Origin: an uncultured Armatimonadetes bacterium
GTDB taxonomy: Bacteria > Armatimonadota > UBA5829 > DTJY01
NCBI GenBank assembly: GCA_963717145.1
Contig: OY970325.1
Coordinates: 1,056,001-1,120,000 of the forward strand
Length of the DNA stretch: 64,000 nucleotides
Reading direction: 5' to 3'
In this document: positions 19,120 through 28,319 of the stretch, in pieces
Position numbering within the stretch: position 1 is the first letter of the stretch
How the letters are laid out: the number at the start of each line of letters is the position of its first letter
Made by a program: the position numbers and the translations under genes
Notes under the pieces: model-generated
Seen by the model: the letters and a program-made list of their open reading frames with translations, nothing else
Told to the model about the DNA's origin: nothing
The model's database searches: none

Positions 19120-20946
19120 TTGCGTACAATTCTGCTGACGGCCACGGCGCTTATGCTTCTGGGTAGCCTGTCGGCCGCCGGGCAACCCCAGTTCACCGCC
19201 GTCCTGAGCGTGGAGAAAGCCCAGGACGGCACGGCGTATGTCGTCCTGAATGGCAGGAAGGCCATCCAGCTCCAGAAGTCGAACGGCTCGCTGGGACCGG
19301 CGGAACGGGCCGGGATCATCGCCCAGCGACTGTCTGCGCTGCTTCCGAGGCTCACGGACATGAAGGCGATCGAGAGCAAGGATTCAGGAAAGGATGGTCA
19401 TCTCATCGTCAGCGGGGTGCTGGTCGCCATCGCCACGCCGGAGGAGGCGAAGGCAAGAGGAATGACCACCTCGAAGCTCGCCGCGATGTGGGCCGAGAAC
19501 CTGCGCAAGCTGCTCTCCGAGCCGCCGATCACCGTTGAGCCCGCGAGCTTGCTCATCCCTCTCGGAGAGAAGCGCGTGCTCTCCGTCAAGGCGTTCATAC
19601 CCGGCGACATCAGCGCCGAGGTCTCGAATGGCGCCGTCATCAGCGCCGATTCCTCCGTCAAGGTGGGCTCGCTCGTGGTACAGGGACTGGCGGTCGGCGA
19701 CGCAGCGATCAGGATCCGATGCGCCGGACGTGACGTGTCCGTGCCCGTGTCTGTCAAGAAGTATGCGGCTACCGTATGCGGCATCGCGAAGGCGGCGATC
19801 ACAGGCCGGAACGCGCCGATCAGCCTGTTGAACAAGGCCGTGCGGGACGTCGTCAGCTCGATCGTCACGACCGAGCCGGGAGCCTGCATAGGGCGGATCG
19901 AAGTACCGAAGTCAGCCCACGTTCCGTCGCCGGGATTCACCTCTCAGGTCACGATGATGGTCGAGGCGGCGGGTCAGGGCTACATCCCTGCGCGGCTCCC
20001 GGCACAGGTGGAGGTAGAGAATCGGCGTATGCCCGCGGTTGATTCGGGCGAGATCTGGTTCAGCAACTCCCCGGAAACCGTCAGGAAGTACGCTGTGCTC
20101 TTCACCGGGAGGCTGGCGACCTCCGAGGAATCTACTCGGCTCCTCTACCATCATTACAACGACATGTCCGAGTGCATGGGTTTCGTGATCGACGTGATCA
20201 ACCCATCGACGCAGCCCGCGGAACTCCACGTGATCGAGGGCCTCTCAGCGCCTATGGCCGACGTCGTGATCGTCGGGTACGTCGCAGGCAAGGAGTTCAT
20301 CAACAGCCACCAGGCGAACATCGGGCGGATATTCACTCTTCCGCCGGGAACGCGGCGGGTGCTCGTCAGCCAGGCGGTTCAGCATCCGAAGACTGCGAGC
20401 GGCATCATGGAGTTCCGACAGCTCTCAGGCGAGCCGCTCATAGTAAGGCTGGTCGCAAAGCCCGAGCATCAGCGGCTCTCGGACGACCCGCCGGACGTGG
20501 ATATGCCACTGATGAGCTTCGATGAGACGCGTATTATCAGCTCGGACGGTGTCTTCCCGCGACCCAAAGAGACCATGGAGGCCACCTACACCGTTGGAAA
20601 GCAGTGGGCTTTCATACGACTCGGCAAGACTCCGATCAAGCATGCCACGCTCGACAAGTCACTGTTCGCGTTCGGGATTACCTACGATGTCAACGTAACC
20701 CTCGTGAATCCCAGTGAGCAGGACCGCACGGTCGAGGTGCTTTTCGAGGCGACCGCGGGACCCGCGGCGGGCGTCTTTCTGCTCGACGGCAAGTATGCCG
20801 AGGTGAAGCGACTCGGCCCGCCGGACGAGCGCCTGATCGGGAGCTACCTCGTTCGTGCGGGGAAGACGAGGACGGTGGACATCCGCACGATTCCGCTTTC
20901 CGGCTCGGCATACCCGGCAACCATCATCATCCGTGCGGCGAAGTAG
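19120..20946 (+). CDS. Exported hypothetical protein with Ig-like segment
   Basis: Signal peptide; beta-rich segment SLLIPLGEKRVLSV...LVVQGLAVGDAAIRI; coding-like codon usage. Confidence 0.7.
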   Translation: MRTILLTATALMLLGSLSAAGQPQFTAVLSVEKAQDGTAYVVLNGRKAIQLQKSNGSLGPAERAGIIAQRLSALLPRLTDMKAIESKDSGKDGHLIVSGVLVAIATPEEAKARGMTTSKLAAMWAENLRKLLSEPPITVEPASLLIPLGEKRVLSVKAFIPGDISAEVSNGAVISADSSVKVGSLVVQGLAVGDAAIRIRCAGRDVSVPVSVKKYAATVCGIAKAAITGRNAPISLLNKAVRDVVSSIVTTEPGACIGRIEVPKSAHVPSPGFTSQVTMMVEAAGQGYIPARLPAQVEVENRRMPAVDSGEIWFSNSPETVRKYAVLFTGRLATSEESTRLLYHHYNDMSECMGFVIDVINPSTQPAELHVIEGLSAPMADVVIVGYVAGKEFINSHQANIGRIFTLPPGTRRVLVSQAVQHPKTASGIMEFRQLSGEPLIVRLVAKPEHQRLSDDPPDVDMPLMSFDETRIISSDGVFPRPKETMEATYTVGKQWAFIRLGKTPIKHATLDKSLFAFGITYDVNVTLVNPSEQDRTVEVLFEATAGPAAGVFLLDGKYAEVKRLGPPDERLIGSYLVRAGKTRTVDIRTIPLSGSAYPATIIIRAAK

Positions 20947-20949
20947 ACA

Positions 20950-22158
20950 ATGACACTCGAGCAGGGAAGAGTCCTGTGGTGCGACGCCGAGGCGAACTGC
21001 CACCGTCTGGCCGACCGGGAAGGTGTCGTGCGAATGGTCGAGAAGGCCAGGCGCGCGCGGATCAACACGCTGGTCGTTGACGTGAAGCCGCTCATCGGGG
21101 AGGTTCTCTACAAGAGCAAGATCGCGCCCCGACTCGGCGAAGTTAAGGGCTTCACATACCCCGCGGATTTCGATCTCCTGCAGGCGATGGTCGAGGAGGG
21201 GCACGCCGCCGGGCTCAAGGTCCATGCGAACATCAACGTCTTTTCCGAGGGACACCGCCAGTTCATGCGCGGACCCGGGTTCGCAAAGCCCGACTGGCAA
21301 GTCGTTCTCCAGGAGCCGGACGATTCGGGCAACCCGGTCTTTCGGCGAATGGCCGACTCGAAGACGGCATCTTTCGGCCTGCTCGTGAACCCGATCGGAC
21401 CGGCGCGCGAGTACGAACTGTCGATCATCCGCGAGATCATGGAGGGCTACGAAGTAGACGGCATCATCTTCGACCGAATGCGCTATCCGAACCTCCAGGG
21501 CGACTTCAGCGATCTGAGCCGCGAGCGGTTCACTACCTGGCTCGGGGTCGATCATGTCACCTGGCCAGACGACGTGTTCCGAGCCGGAGAACGGATCATC
21601 GAGGGCAGGTACTACCACGAGTGGCTCGAATGGCGCGCTCTGCAGATCAAGGACTTCGCCACGGAGGCCGCCGCGCTCAGTCGATCGATCCGGCCTAATG
21701 CCAAGGTGTCGGTCTACGTCGGCTCGTGGTACGAGGGCTACTACCACGAAGGCGTGAACTGGGGCAGCGTTCAGTATCATGCGGGATCCTCCTGGATGAC
21801 TTCGACGTATAATCAGACGGGGATCGCCGAGCTGTTCGATTTCATGTGTACAGGGTGCTACTACCCGATCGCAACCCGCGAGGAGGCTCGTCGGCTCGGT
21901 AAGCCCCAGGGAGCGACCGTCGAGGCGGCGTGCGATCAGTCTCGCAGGGCGATCATGGACGCATGCCCGTTCTATGGCAGCCTCTACCTGCGAGACTACG
22001 CCGCGAATCCCGAGGGATTTGCGGGGGCGATCAGGGCCTCGACGGAGAATAGCGATGGGGTGATGCTCTTCGACCTGGTCTACCTCGAGGACTACGAGTG
22101 GTGGCCTCTCATCGAAGGAATCTTCTCGGAGGATGCGGTAGCTCCACATGACACGTAA
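20950..22158 (+). CDS. Glycoside hydrolase-like family 10 (DUF187) protein
   Basis: INTLVVDVK, FDLLQAMVEEGHAAGLKVHA, YEVDGIIFDRMRY. Confidence 0.8.
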   Translation: MTLEQGRVLWCDAEANCHRLADREGVVRMVEKARRARINTLVVDVKPLIGEVLYKSKIAPRLGEVKGFTYPADFDLLQAMVEEGHAAGLKVHANINVFSEGHRQFMRGPGFAKPDWQVVLQEPDDSGNPVFRRMADSKTASFGLLVNPIGPAREYELSIIREIMEGYEVDGIIFDRMRYPNLQGDFSDLSRERFTTWLGVDHVTWPDDVFRAGERIIEGRYYHEWLEWRALQIKDFATEAAALSRSIRPNAKVSVYVGSWYEGYYHEGVNWGSVQYHAGSSWMTSTYNQTGIAELFDFMCTGCYYPIATREEARRLGKPQGATVEAACDQSRRAIMDACPFYGSLYLRDYAANPEGFAGAIRASTENSDGVMLFDLVYLEDYEWWPLIEGIFSEDAVAPHDT

Positions 22159-23539
22159 CCTGAGAAACCTGATTCCGCTGGTCGCCGTTCTCGCAATCGC
22201 GAGCTTCTCCTCCGCAGACGACCTCACGGAGACGTGCCGCATACGCGTCACCAACAGCGTGGACGGCACCGTGCAGGTCAGCGTCGACAAGGGCAAGACA
22301 TACTCCACGGTGGGCCGAGTCACGCGCCCGGCTTCACGCTGTACCCAGGGTTTCGCCGCGAGCGGGTATGCCGAGGCCGGAAGGATAACGGCCACCGCCG
22401 TTCACGCCATCCGCATCAAGTCGCCCAGTTCGGACAGCATCCCTCAGGTGTTCAGCATCATCCCGCGCGAATTCGCCGTTCCGGGAGTCGGATTCGGCAC
22501 CGGCGAGGTCGCGGGCGCGTCCGGTATATACACGGACATCCCCGCCGGAACCGCCATCTTCCGTAACCTCTCACCTCTCGTCGGCAATCCGGTCCTACTG
22601 GAGAAAGAAGCGGCACTTCGCGTACTCCCGGTGAACTACAGCCCGTCTCCCGGCGACACGCTGGTCATACTGGCCCAGGTTCACGACGATCAGCCCGATG
22701 AGCTGGTCATCGAGAACCGCAGAGGTGGAAGTGTCGTGGCAGTTTACCCCGACCACACAGACATCATCGCCACTGTGGAACACCCTGTGCGCGGGATCGG
22801 TCGGTTCGACGCCACCGAATTCACCGGGGTGGGGTGCATCAACACGAATCATCCCGGCTGCATCACCGTGTCAACCGCGCCTGTGCTCAGGAATGGGAAA
22901 GGGAGCATTGAGCCGCGAGGAGGATTCCAGATTCTCCCGTCCAAACACGCATATCGGATCGGCTTCATACCGCAGTACATGGTCGTCGGTCCCGCCACGA
23001 CGGATTCACCCGCTCTTGAGGGATCGCCGCTCCTCTTCTCGGAGTATATCGGACTGGCGTTCGATCCGATCTCACCGGCGAACTCGTTTCGGGTTGACGT
23101 GCGGGTTGGCGGCGGGGACTGGCGGCCTCTGCCGACCTTGATCGGCAAGGATGACGACGCCCTGACTGATCTCGATGGCAGCGGCGTCACGCACATCCGC
23201 CTCCGGTTCCCCAAGAGGTCGGAGCAGTGGATCCAGCGCCAACTCGGAGCTGCGTCCGATGATTACATAAGGCGCAGGTATGAGGGCAGACCGCCGGCGT
23301 CCGGAATCCTGCGTTTCTCTCTCGAGGGAGGCGACCTCACCGAAGTGCGTCTGGCGTCACTCTACGTGGACGGCCAGTTTCGGGGACTGAGCACCTCCTG
23401 GCCTTACGCCTTCAACGTTGACACCGGGAAGCTCCCTCCAGGCGAGCATTCGGTGGAGATCCGTGGCGCAGACGAGACCGGCTTCGTGGCGAAAACCTCG
23501 AAGAAGCTATTCTACACGATCAGACTCATTTGTGATTGA
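22148..23539 (+). CDS. Exported hypothetical protein with internal two-fold repeat and C-terminal Ig-like domain
   Basis: Signal peptide; repeated module (RVTNSVDGTV..GRVTRPA..FAASGY..GRITAT / VIENRRGGSV..ATVEHPV..FDATEF..GCINTN); LYVDG...PYAFNVDT..LPPGEHSVEI. Confidence 0.7.
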   Translation: MTRNLRNLIPLVAVLAIASFSSADDLTETCRIRVTNSVDGTVQVSVDKGKTYSTVGRVTRPASRCTQGFAASGYAEAGRITATAVHAIRIKSPSSDSIPQVFSIIPREFAVPGVGFGTGEVAGASGIYTDIPAGTAIFRNLSPLVGNPVLLEKEAALRVLPVNYSPSPGDTLVILAQVHDDQPDELVIENRRGGSVVAVYPDHTDIIATVEHPVRGIGRFDATEFTGVGCINTNHPGCITVSTAPVLRNGKGSIEPRGGFQILPSKHAYRIGFIPQYMVVGPATTDSPALEGSPLLFSEYIGLAFDPISPANSFRVDVRVGGGDWRPLPTLIGKDDDALTDLDGSGVTHIRLRFPKRSEQWIQRQLGAASDDYIRRRYEGRPPASGILRFSLEGGDLTEVRLASLYVDGQFRGLSTSWPYAFNVDTGKLPPGEHSVEIRGADETGFVAKTSKKLFYTIRLICD

Positions 23540-23564
23540 CCTGTGACCGATCGGCAGTTATAAT
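23536..23564 (+). promoter_or_regulatory. sigma70 promoter
   Basis: TTGACC-N17-TATAAT, 9 nt before ATG 23574. Confidence 0.7.
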
Positions 23565-23573
23565 GGAGCCATT

Positions 23574-24464
23574 ATGGACAGACGATCAGCTTTCATCTCA
23601 GTCGTTCTTATCGTTGCCGCCGCCCTGTTGCCGGCGGCGTCGGGCTTTGCTCAGGGTAGCCAGTCGAACGGGTTTGTGCTGGCACATGTGATGAACCAGC
23701 GCGACACCGTCACGTATAAGATCACACAGCAGTTGGCCGGCTCACGAACGCTCCCCGGGGCGTCGCAGGCTGTTCCGATGGACTGCACGCTCACCTCGAC
23801 GGTGCGCCTGCGTCTCGTCAAGGCGCTCGGCGATGGCAATATCGAAGTTGCCGCCGAGACCCAGTCCGCGACTCTCAAGCTTGCCGGCAAAGATCCGCGC
23901 AATATTCCGGCCTCCAAGGAAGTCCGGATCTATCGGATCACCCCCTCGGGCAAGCCCGTCGAGACCACCAAGGGCGACAAGGTCGAGGCCAAGCCAGTAA
24001 CGCGGTCTCTGCTCGACTCAGCGTGGATCGAGCCCCTCGTCCTCCTGGCGGTCTTCCCCGACACGGCGGTCTCCAAGGGTTCCGACTGGACACTCGAGAT
24101 CGCCAATCCGCTCAAGACCGACGACAAGTCAAAGATCTCCGCCAAGCTTGAGGACGTGAAGCAGGCCAAGGAGGGCTGGATCGCTACCATCAAGGAGACG
24201 CTAGCCCTGCCCACGGGTCAGACCTCGGACGACAATCCAATCGTGCCGGGCAGCCGGATACAAGGGGAGTTAACCCTGAAGTACCTCTCCGAAGCAGGCC
24301 GGCTCTTCGCGGCTGAGGGTGCTGTGACAGCGTATGCACGGACACAGATGGGAGTGCCGGGTCTGCCAAAGGGAGACCTCCCGATGGGGTCCGCCACAGG
24401 CATGAAGGTGGAAGAGCTAAGCAGCAAGTTCACGGTCGAGACCGTCCCGCCTGCCCAGAAGTAG
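23574..24464 (+). CDS. Exported hypothetical beta-rich protein
   Basis: Signal peptide ending AxA (GFA-Q); own promoter. Confidence 0.7.
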   Translation: MDRRSAFISVVLIVAAALLPAASGFAQGSQSNGFVLAHVMNQRDTVTYKITQQLAGSRTLPGASQAVPMDCTLTSTVRLRLVKALGDGNIEVAAETQSATLKLAGKDPRNIPASKEVRIYRITPSGKPVETTKGDKVEAKPVTRSLLDSAWIEPLVLLAVFPDTAVSKGSDWTLEIANPLKTDDKSKISAKLEDVKQAKEGWIATIKETLALPTGQTSDDNPIVPGSRIQGELTLKYLSEAGRLFAAEGAVTAYARTQMGVPGLPKGDLPMGSATGMKVEELSSKFTVETVPPAQK

Positions 24465-24495
24465 GGGGCTGCGGATCTGTCACATCTTGCGCAAC

Positions 24496-24522
24496 GTAGT
24501 GGCCGTGGCTCAGTCCCGGCCA
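24496..24522 (+). repeat. Single GTAG-type REP (GTAGTGGCCG family)
   Basis: gtagtggccg-tggctcagtcc-cggcca; related to 28242 and 49801 doublets. Confidence 0.7.
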
Positions 24523-24547
24523 TTTTCTTGAATGGGGGAAGACACCT

Positions 24548-25315
24548 ATGCCTGGCGAAGCCGTGGCGATTGCATTCGGCGCAGCCCTTGGCGGCGCATT
24601 GTTCGGAATACTCATCGGCATCGTCTTCCACCGCATCGTCGGCGCCTACATCGAAGGCGGAATCGGTCCATACGGATGCATCGTGGTGGGGGGGCTATTC
24701 CTCGTCCTGGCAGGCGCGGTCGTCGTGTTCCATTCGTGGCCGCTACTCGTCCTTATGGTGCTGCTTGTCGCTCTGAGCCCTCTGCTCCGGCGCCGTGTCG
24801 AGAAGCTCGAGGATCGCAGATACTACGACGAGCGCATCAGAGAATGCGTCGAGGCTCTCGATGCCGACCCGAAGAACCTCGCGGCTCGGAGCCGTCTTGC
24901 GGAATCCCTTCACAGGGAGGGACGGCTCGACGAGGCCATCGAGCAGTACTCCGACCTCTTGCGCATCTCCCCAGGCGATCGCGAAGAGGCCTACAAGCTC
25001 AAGCAGCTCATCCAAGAGCGTGACGAGCGACGCGACCCTCTCATCACGTGCCCGAGATGTGGGCGAAGGAACCCCAAGAGCCGGCTCTACTGCGTCGGTT
25101 GTGAGGCAAGCCTCGCGACCGGCGACAGGATGAAGCAATGGCTGGAGGGAGCATCCGGCAAGCAGCTTATCCGATTGGCCTCGATTGCAGCCGGATGCAC
25201 TGTGGTCATCCTCTTCCTGGGCAGCCTGCTCTCTCCGACGGGAAAGCTCATCGCCATGTTGATCACGCTGGCGATCCTCGGCATTGCCTTCATTGTCAAC
25301 ACCTACATGAACTGA
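24548..25315 (+). CDS. Membrane protein with TPR and zinc-ribbon domains
   Basis: N- and C-terminal TM segments; ALDADPKNLAARSRLAESLHREGRLDEAIEQY; CPRC...CVGC. Confidence 0.8.
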   Translation: MPGEAVAIAFGAALGGALFGILIGIVFHRIVGAYIEGGIGPYGCIVVGGLFLVLAGAVVVFHSWPLLVLMVLLVALSPLLRRRVEKLEDRRYYDERIRECVEALDADPKNLAARSRLAESLHREGRLDEAIEQYSDLLRISPGDREEAYKLKQLIQERDERRDPLITCPRCGRRNPKSRLYCVGCEASLATGDRMKQWLEGASGKQLIRLASIAAGCTVVILFLGSLLSPTGKLIAMLITLAILGIAFIVNTYMN

Positions 25316-25410
25316 TGCGCTGACGCCCTTTGGAGTGCGGTGGCTTGACACCGCTTTTCCCTCGAGAGCGGTGTCAAGCCACCGCACTCCAAAGGGCGCG
25401 ACGCATCAGT
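25311..25410. repeat. Long palindromic miniature element (GGAGTGC type)
   Basis: Perfect 32-bp arms 25324-25355 / 25367-25398 plus outer actgatgcg / cgcatcagt. Confidence 0.9.
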
Positions 25411-25569
25411 CTGTTTATGCGATCTGCATTGCGGGTACACAGGAACCGTGAACAGAACCATCAGAACAATCGCGTCGATCCTTGCGCAAGTCATACCGGA
25501 TTCCCTCAGGTACCCTCACGCGTCCATGCTGCGATCCCATACTTGGTTACCGCTGAAAGGAGAGAAGCC

Positions 25570-26097
25570 ATGAGTCGCATCAATGAAAGGGAGAAGGAAA
25601 AGGATAAGGTCGTTCCCATCAGAAACCACGTTGCCAACTACGGCGACCCGTATCTGCTTCAGATGAAGCCCGAGGAAGCCGCAATGTGCCGCGAGTGCAA
25701 GGCCGTCTTCGTGTGCGGAAGGTGGCAGCTTCACGAGCAGGCGACCGATGATCTAAAGAAGGCTAACAAGGTCATCGAGACGCTGTGCCCCGCATGTCAG
25801 AAGACACGCGACCGCCAGCCGGGAGGGATCGTCACTCTCACCGGCGGGTTCATCAAGGAGCATGAGACCGAGATAATCAACCTCATCGATCACGAGAATC
25901 GCGAGGCCATGGGAATCAACCCTCTCGAACGGATCATGGACATCGAGCGGTCGGATTCCGGCCTCACGATATATACCACAAACGAGAAGCTGGCTCAGAA
26001 GATCGGGCGTTCGATCCACAAGGCATACGCAGGAGAGGTTGAGTACAAGTGGTCGGAGGACACGAAGCTCGTACGGGTCAACTGGCACAGAGAATAG
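25570..26097 (+). CDS. BCAM0308-family (NMD3-like zinc-binding) protein
   Basis: DPY, CRECKAVF..GRW, LCPAC..RDRQPGG, NPLERIM, TTNEKLAQKIGR, VRVNW; SD AAGGAG. Confidence 0.8.
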   Translation: MSRINEREKEKDKVVPIRNHVANYGDPYLLQMKPEEAAMCRECKAVFVCGRWQLHEQATDDLKKANKVIETLCPACQKTRDRQPGGIVTLTGGFIKEHETEIINLIDHENREAMGINPLERIMDIERSDSGLTIYTTNEKLAQKIGRSIHKAYAGEVEYKWSEDTKLVRVNWHRE

Positions 26098-26113
26098 CCG
26101 AGGAGGTGCTGAT

Positions 26114-26476
26114 ATGTTCGAGACACTTCGCAAACTGATGTACATCGGTCTGGGGGCAGCCATGATGTCCCGCGACAAGGTTCAACAGGCGATTGATGAT
26201 ATGGTCAATCAGGGCGAGGTTTCCGCTGATGAAGGCCGCAAGCTCTATGAGGACATCATCAATCGTGCCGAGGAAGAAACCCGCGGCATGAACGATCGAA
26301 TCAAGAGTCAGATTCGCCAGTACCTGACCGAAGTCGGCGTGGCGGATCGCAGCCAGATCGAAGCACTGGGTCGCAGGATCGATGCTCTTGAAACTCGCAT
26401 AGATCAGCTCAGGGCCACCATGGATACGGAGGCCTGCTGCGTTGGGGCTGCGGAGTCAGAGGATAAGAACACCTAG
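26114..26476 (+). CDS. Phasin-like (polyhydroxyalkanoate granule associated) protein
   Basis: LRKLMYIGLGA, MVNQGEVSADEGR, coiled-coil tail; upstream of UbiB kinase; SD AGGAGG. Confidence 0.75.
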   Translation: MFETLRKLMYIGLGAAMMSRDKVQQAIDDMVNQGEVSADEGRKLYEDIINRAEEETRGMNDRIKSQIRQYLTEVGVADRSQIEALGRRIDALETRIDQLRATMDTEACCVGAAESEDKNT

Positions 26477-26488
26477 CTCCACCAATCA

Positions 26489-26553
26489 TGCCATTCTGAG
26501 CAGGATAGGCCCCACCGTCAGTCCTGAGTGCGCAGTGACCGCTCAGAATGACA
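26489..26553. repeat. Palindromic element with CATTCTGAGC / GCTCAGAATGAC ends
   Basis: tgccattctgagc ... gctcagaatgaca; related element at 30496-30561. Confidence 0.6.
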
Positions 26554-26569
26554 ACACTTCGGAGAACAC

Positions 26570-28226
26570 GTGGTATTTGCGAGACAGAGAAGGCATCTCG
26601 AGCGGTACATACAGATCGGCGGGGTGCTGGCCGCGCACGGCTGGCAGAACCTCGTCGCAAGAGTAGGCCTTGCCCGCCTCTTCGGCCTGCACGCGCACGG
26701 CACCGGCGCCGCGCCCGGTCCGGTTCAAGTCCGCCTTGCCCTGGAGGAACTGGGGCCGACGTTCATCAAGCTCGGCCAACTCCTTTCCACCAGGTCCGAT
26801 ATCATCCCCAAGGAGTACATCGAGGAACTCGAGAAGCTCCAGGAATCAGCGCCCCCGATGCCCATCGCTGCTGTCCACCAAGTCATCGAGGAGGAATTCG
26901 GGGAGCCTGCCCACGACCTTTTCGCCCATTTCGATTCAGTGCCACTCGGGTCGGCCTCGCTCGGGGAGACACACTCCGCTATCCTGCACGATGGACGATC
27001 GGTCGTCGTGAAGGTTCAGCGCCCGGGGATCCGAGGTGTCATCGACAACGACTTGGAGATCGTCGGCGGACTCGCTCGCTTCCTTGACAGCCACGTCGAG
27101 CAGCTTCGTGTGTTCGGGCTGCCGGATCTGGTGGAGGAATTCACTATCAGCCTTCACCACGAACTCGACTACACGCGTGAGGGGAGAAATGGCGATACCC
27201 TTCGCAAGAACTTACAGCAGCTCCACTGTGCCCGAGTGGCCGCGACTATCTGGGAGTTCACGACACCTCGCGTCCTCACGATGGATTGCATCTCCGGCAT
27301 CAAGATCACCGACACACAGCGACTGGACGTCGACGGCCATGACCGTCACGAGATTGCCGCGAATTTCGACGCGGATATTCTTCACGATGGTGTTGGTGGA
27401 CGGTTTCTTCCATGCGGACCCACATCCGGGCAACCTGGTGGTCGTCGAGGACAGCGTGATCGGCCTTCTCGACTACGGTATGGTCGGACGGCTGGACAGC
27501 CACCTGAAGGCCAGCGTGTTGATGCTGCTGGCCAACTACGTGCGGCAGGACGCCTACGGATTCAGTGAAGTGTTCCTGGACATCGGGACCGTCCCGTCGG
27601 ACCTGGACCGCAAGGAATACACTCAAGCGATGGATCGATTTCTCAGGCAGTACTACGATGCTCCTCTTCGCGAAGTTCAGATCGGGCAGATGCTGCAAAA
27701 TGCACTTCACATCAGCGCGAGATTCGGGGTCCGCCTGCCTTCGAGCCTGGCGCTGCTGGTGAAGGTCATCGTTCAGGCCGAGGGCATCACCAAGCAGCTC
27801 GAGGCGGAGTTCGACTTCACACAGGCGGCGCGGGAGTTTGTCACTCGAGCGCTCCGGGACGAGCTGAACCCTCACTCGATGGGGGCCAAGCTCATCGAGT
27901 CGATTCTGTCGTGGAAGAACCTGATCCTCGAACTCCCGCATCGAGCCTCTGATGTGCTGGAGCGAATGTCAAACGGAACCTTCCGAATAGCCTTTAAGCA
28001 CGAGGGTCTCGAGAATGCCATTCGTGACATCGACAAGTCGGCCAACCGCTTATCGTTTGCGCTGATGGTCTCAGCGATGATCATCGGTTCCTCTCTGATA
28101 CTTGCGGCGGGGATCGGTCCGGCGTATCGGGGGCTTCCGGTCATAGGCTTGATCGGTTTTGGGATTTCCTTCCTTTTCGCCGCCTGGTTGATGATTTCGA
28201 TTCTGCGCGCCGGCAAACTGTGGTAA
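26570..28226 (+). pseudogene. UbiB/AarF (ABC1) family kinase split by a +1 frameshift near 27368 (possible sequencing error)
   Basis: LEELGPTFIKLGQLLSTR, VVVKVQRP and ELDY in ORF 26570; GFFHADPHPGN and LLDYGMVG in ORF ending 28226; junction ttc-g-acg-cgg. Confidence 0.85.
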
Positions 28227-28241
28227 TATGTAGGGGAAGTC

Positions 28242-28308
28242 TGTAGTGGCCGTGCCTCAGGGCCGGCCACGAGCGTTCCCAGGCCGGCGCTGAGGCACGG
28301 CCACTACA
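28242..28308. repeat. GTAG-type REP doublet
   Basis: tgtagtggccgtgcctcagggccggcc ... ggccggcgctgaggcacggccactaca. Confidence 0.88.
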
Positions 28309-28319
28309 TCAGGTGACCA

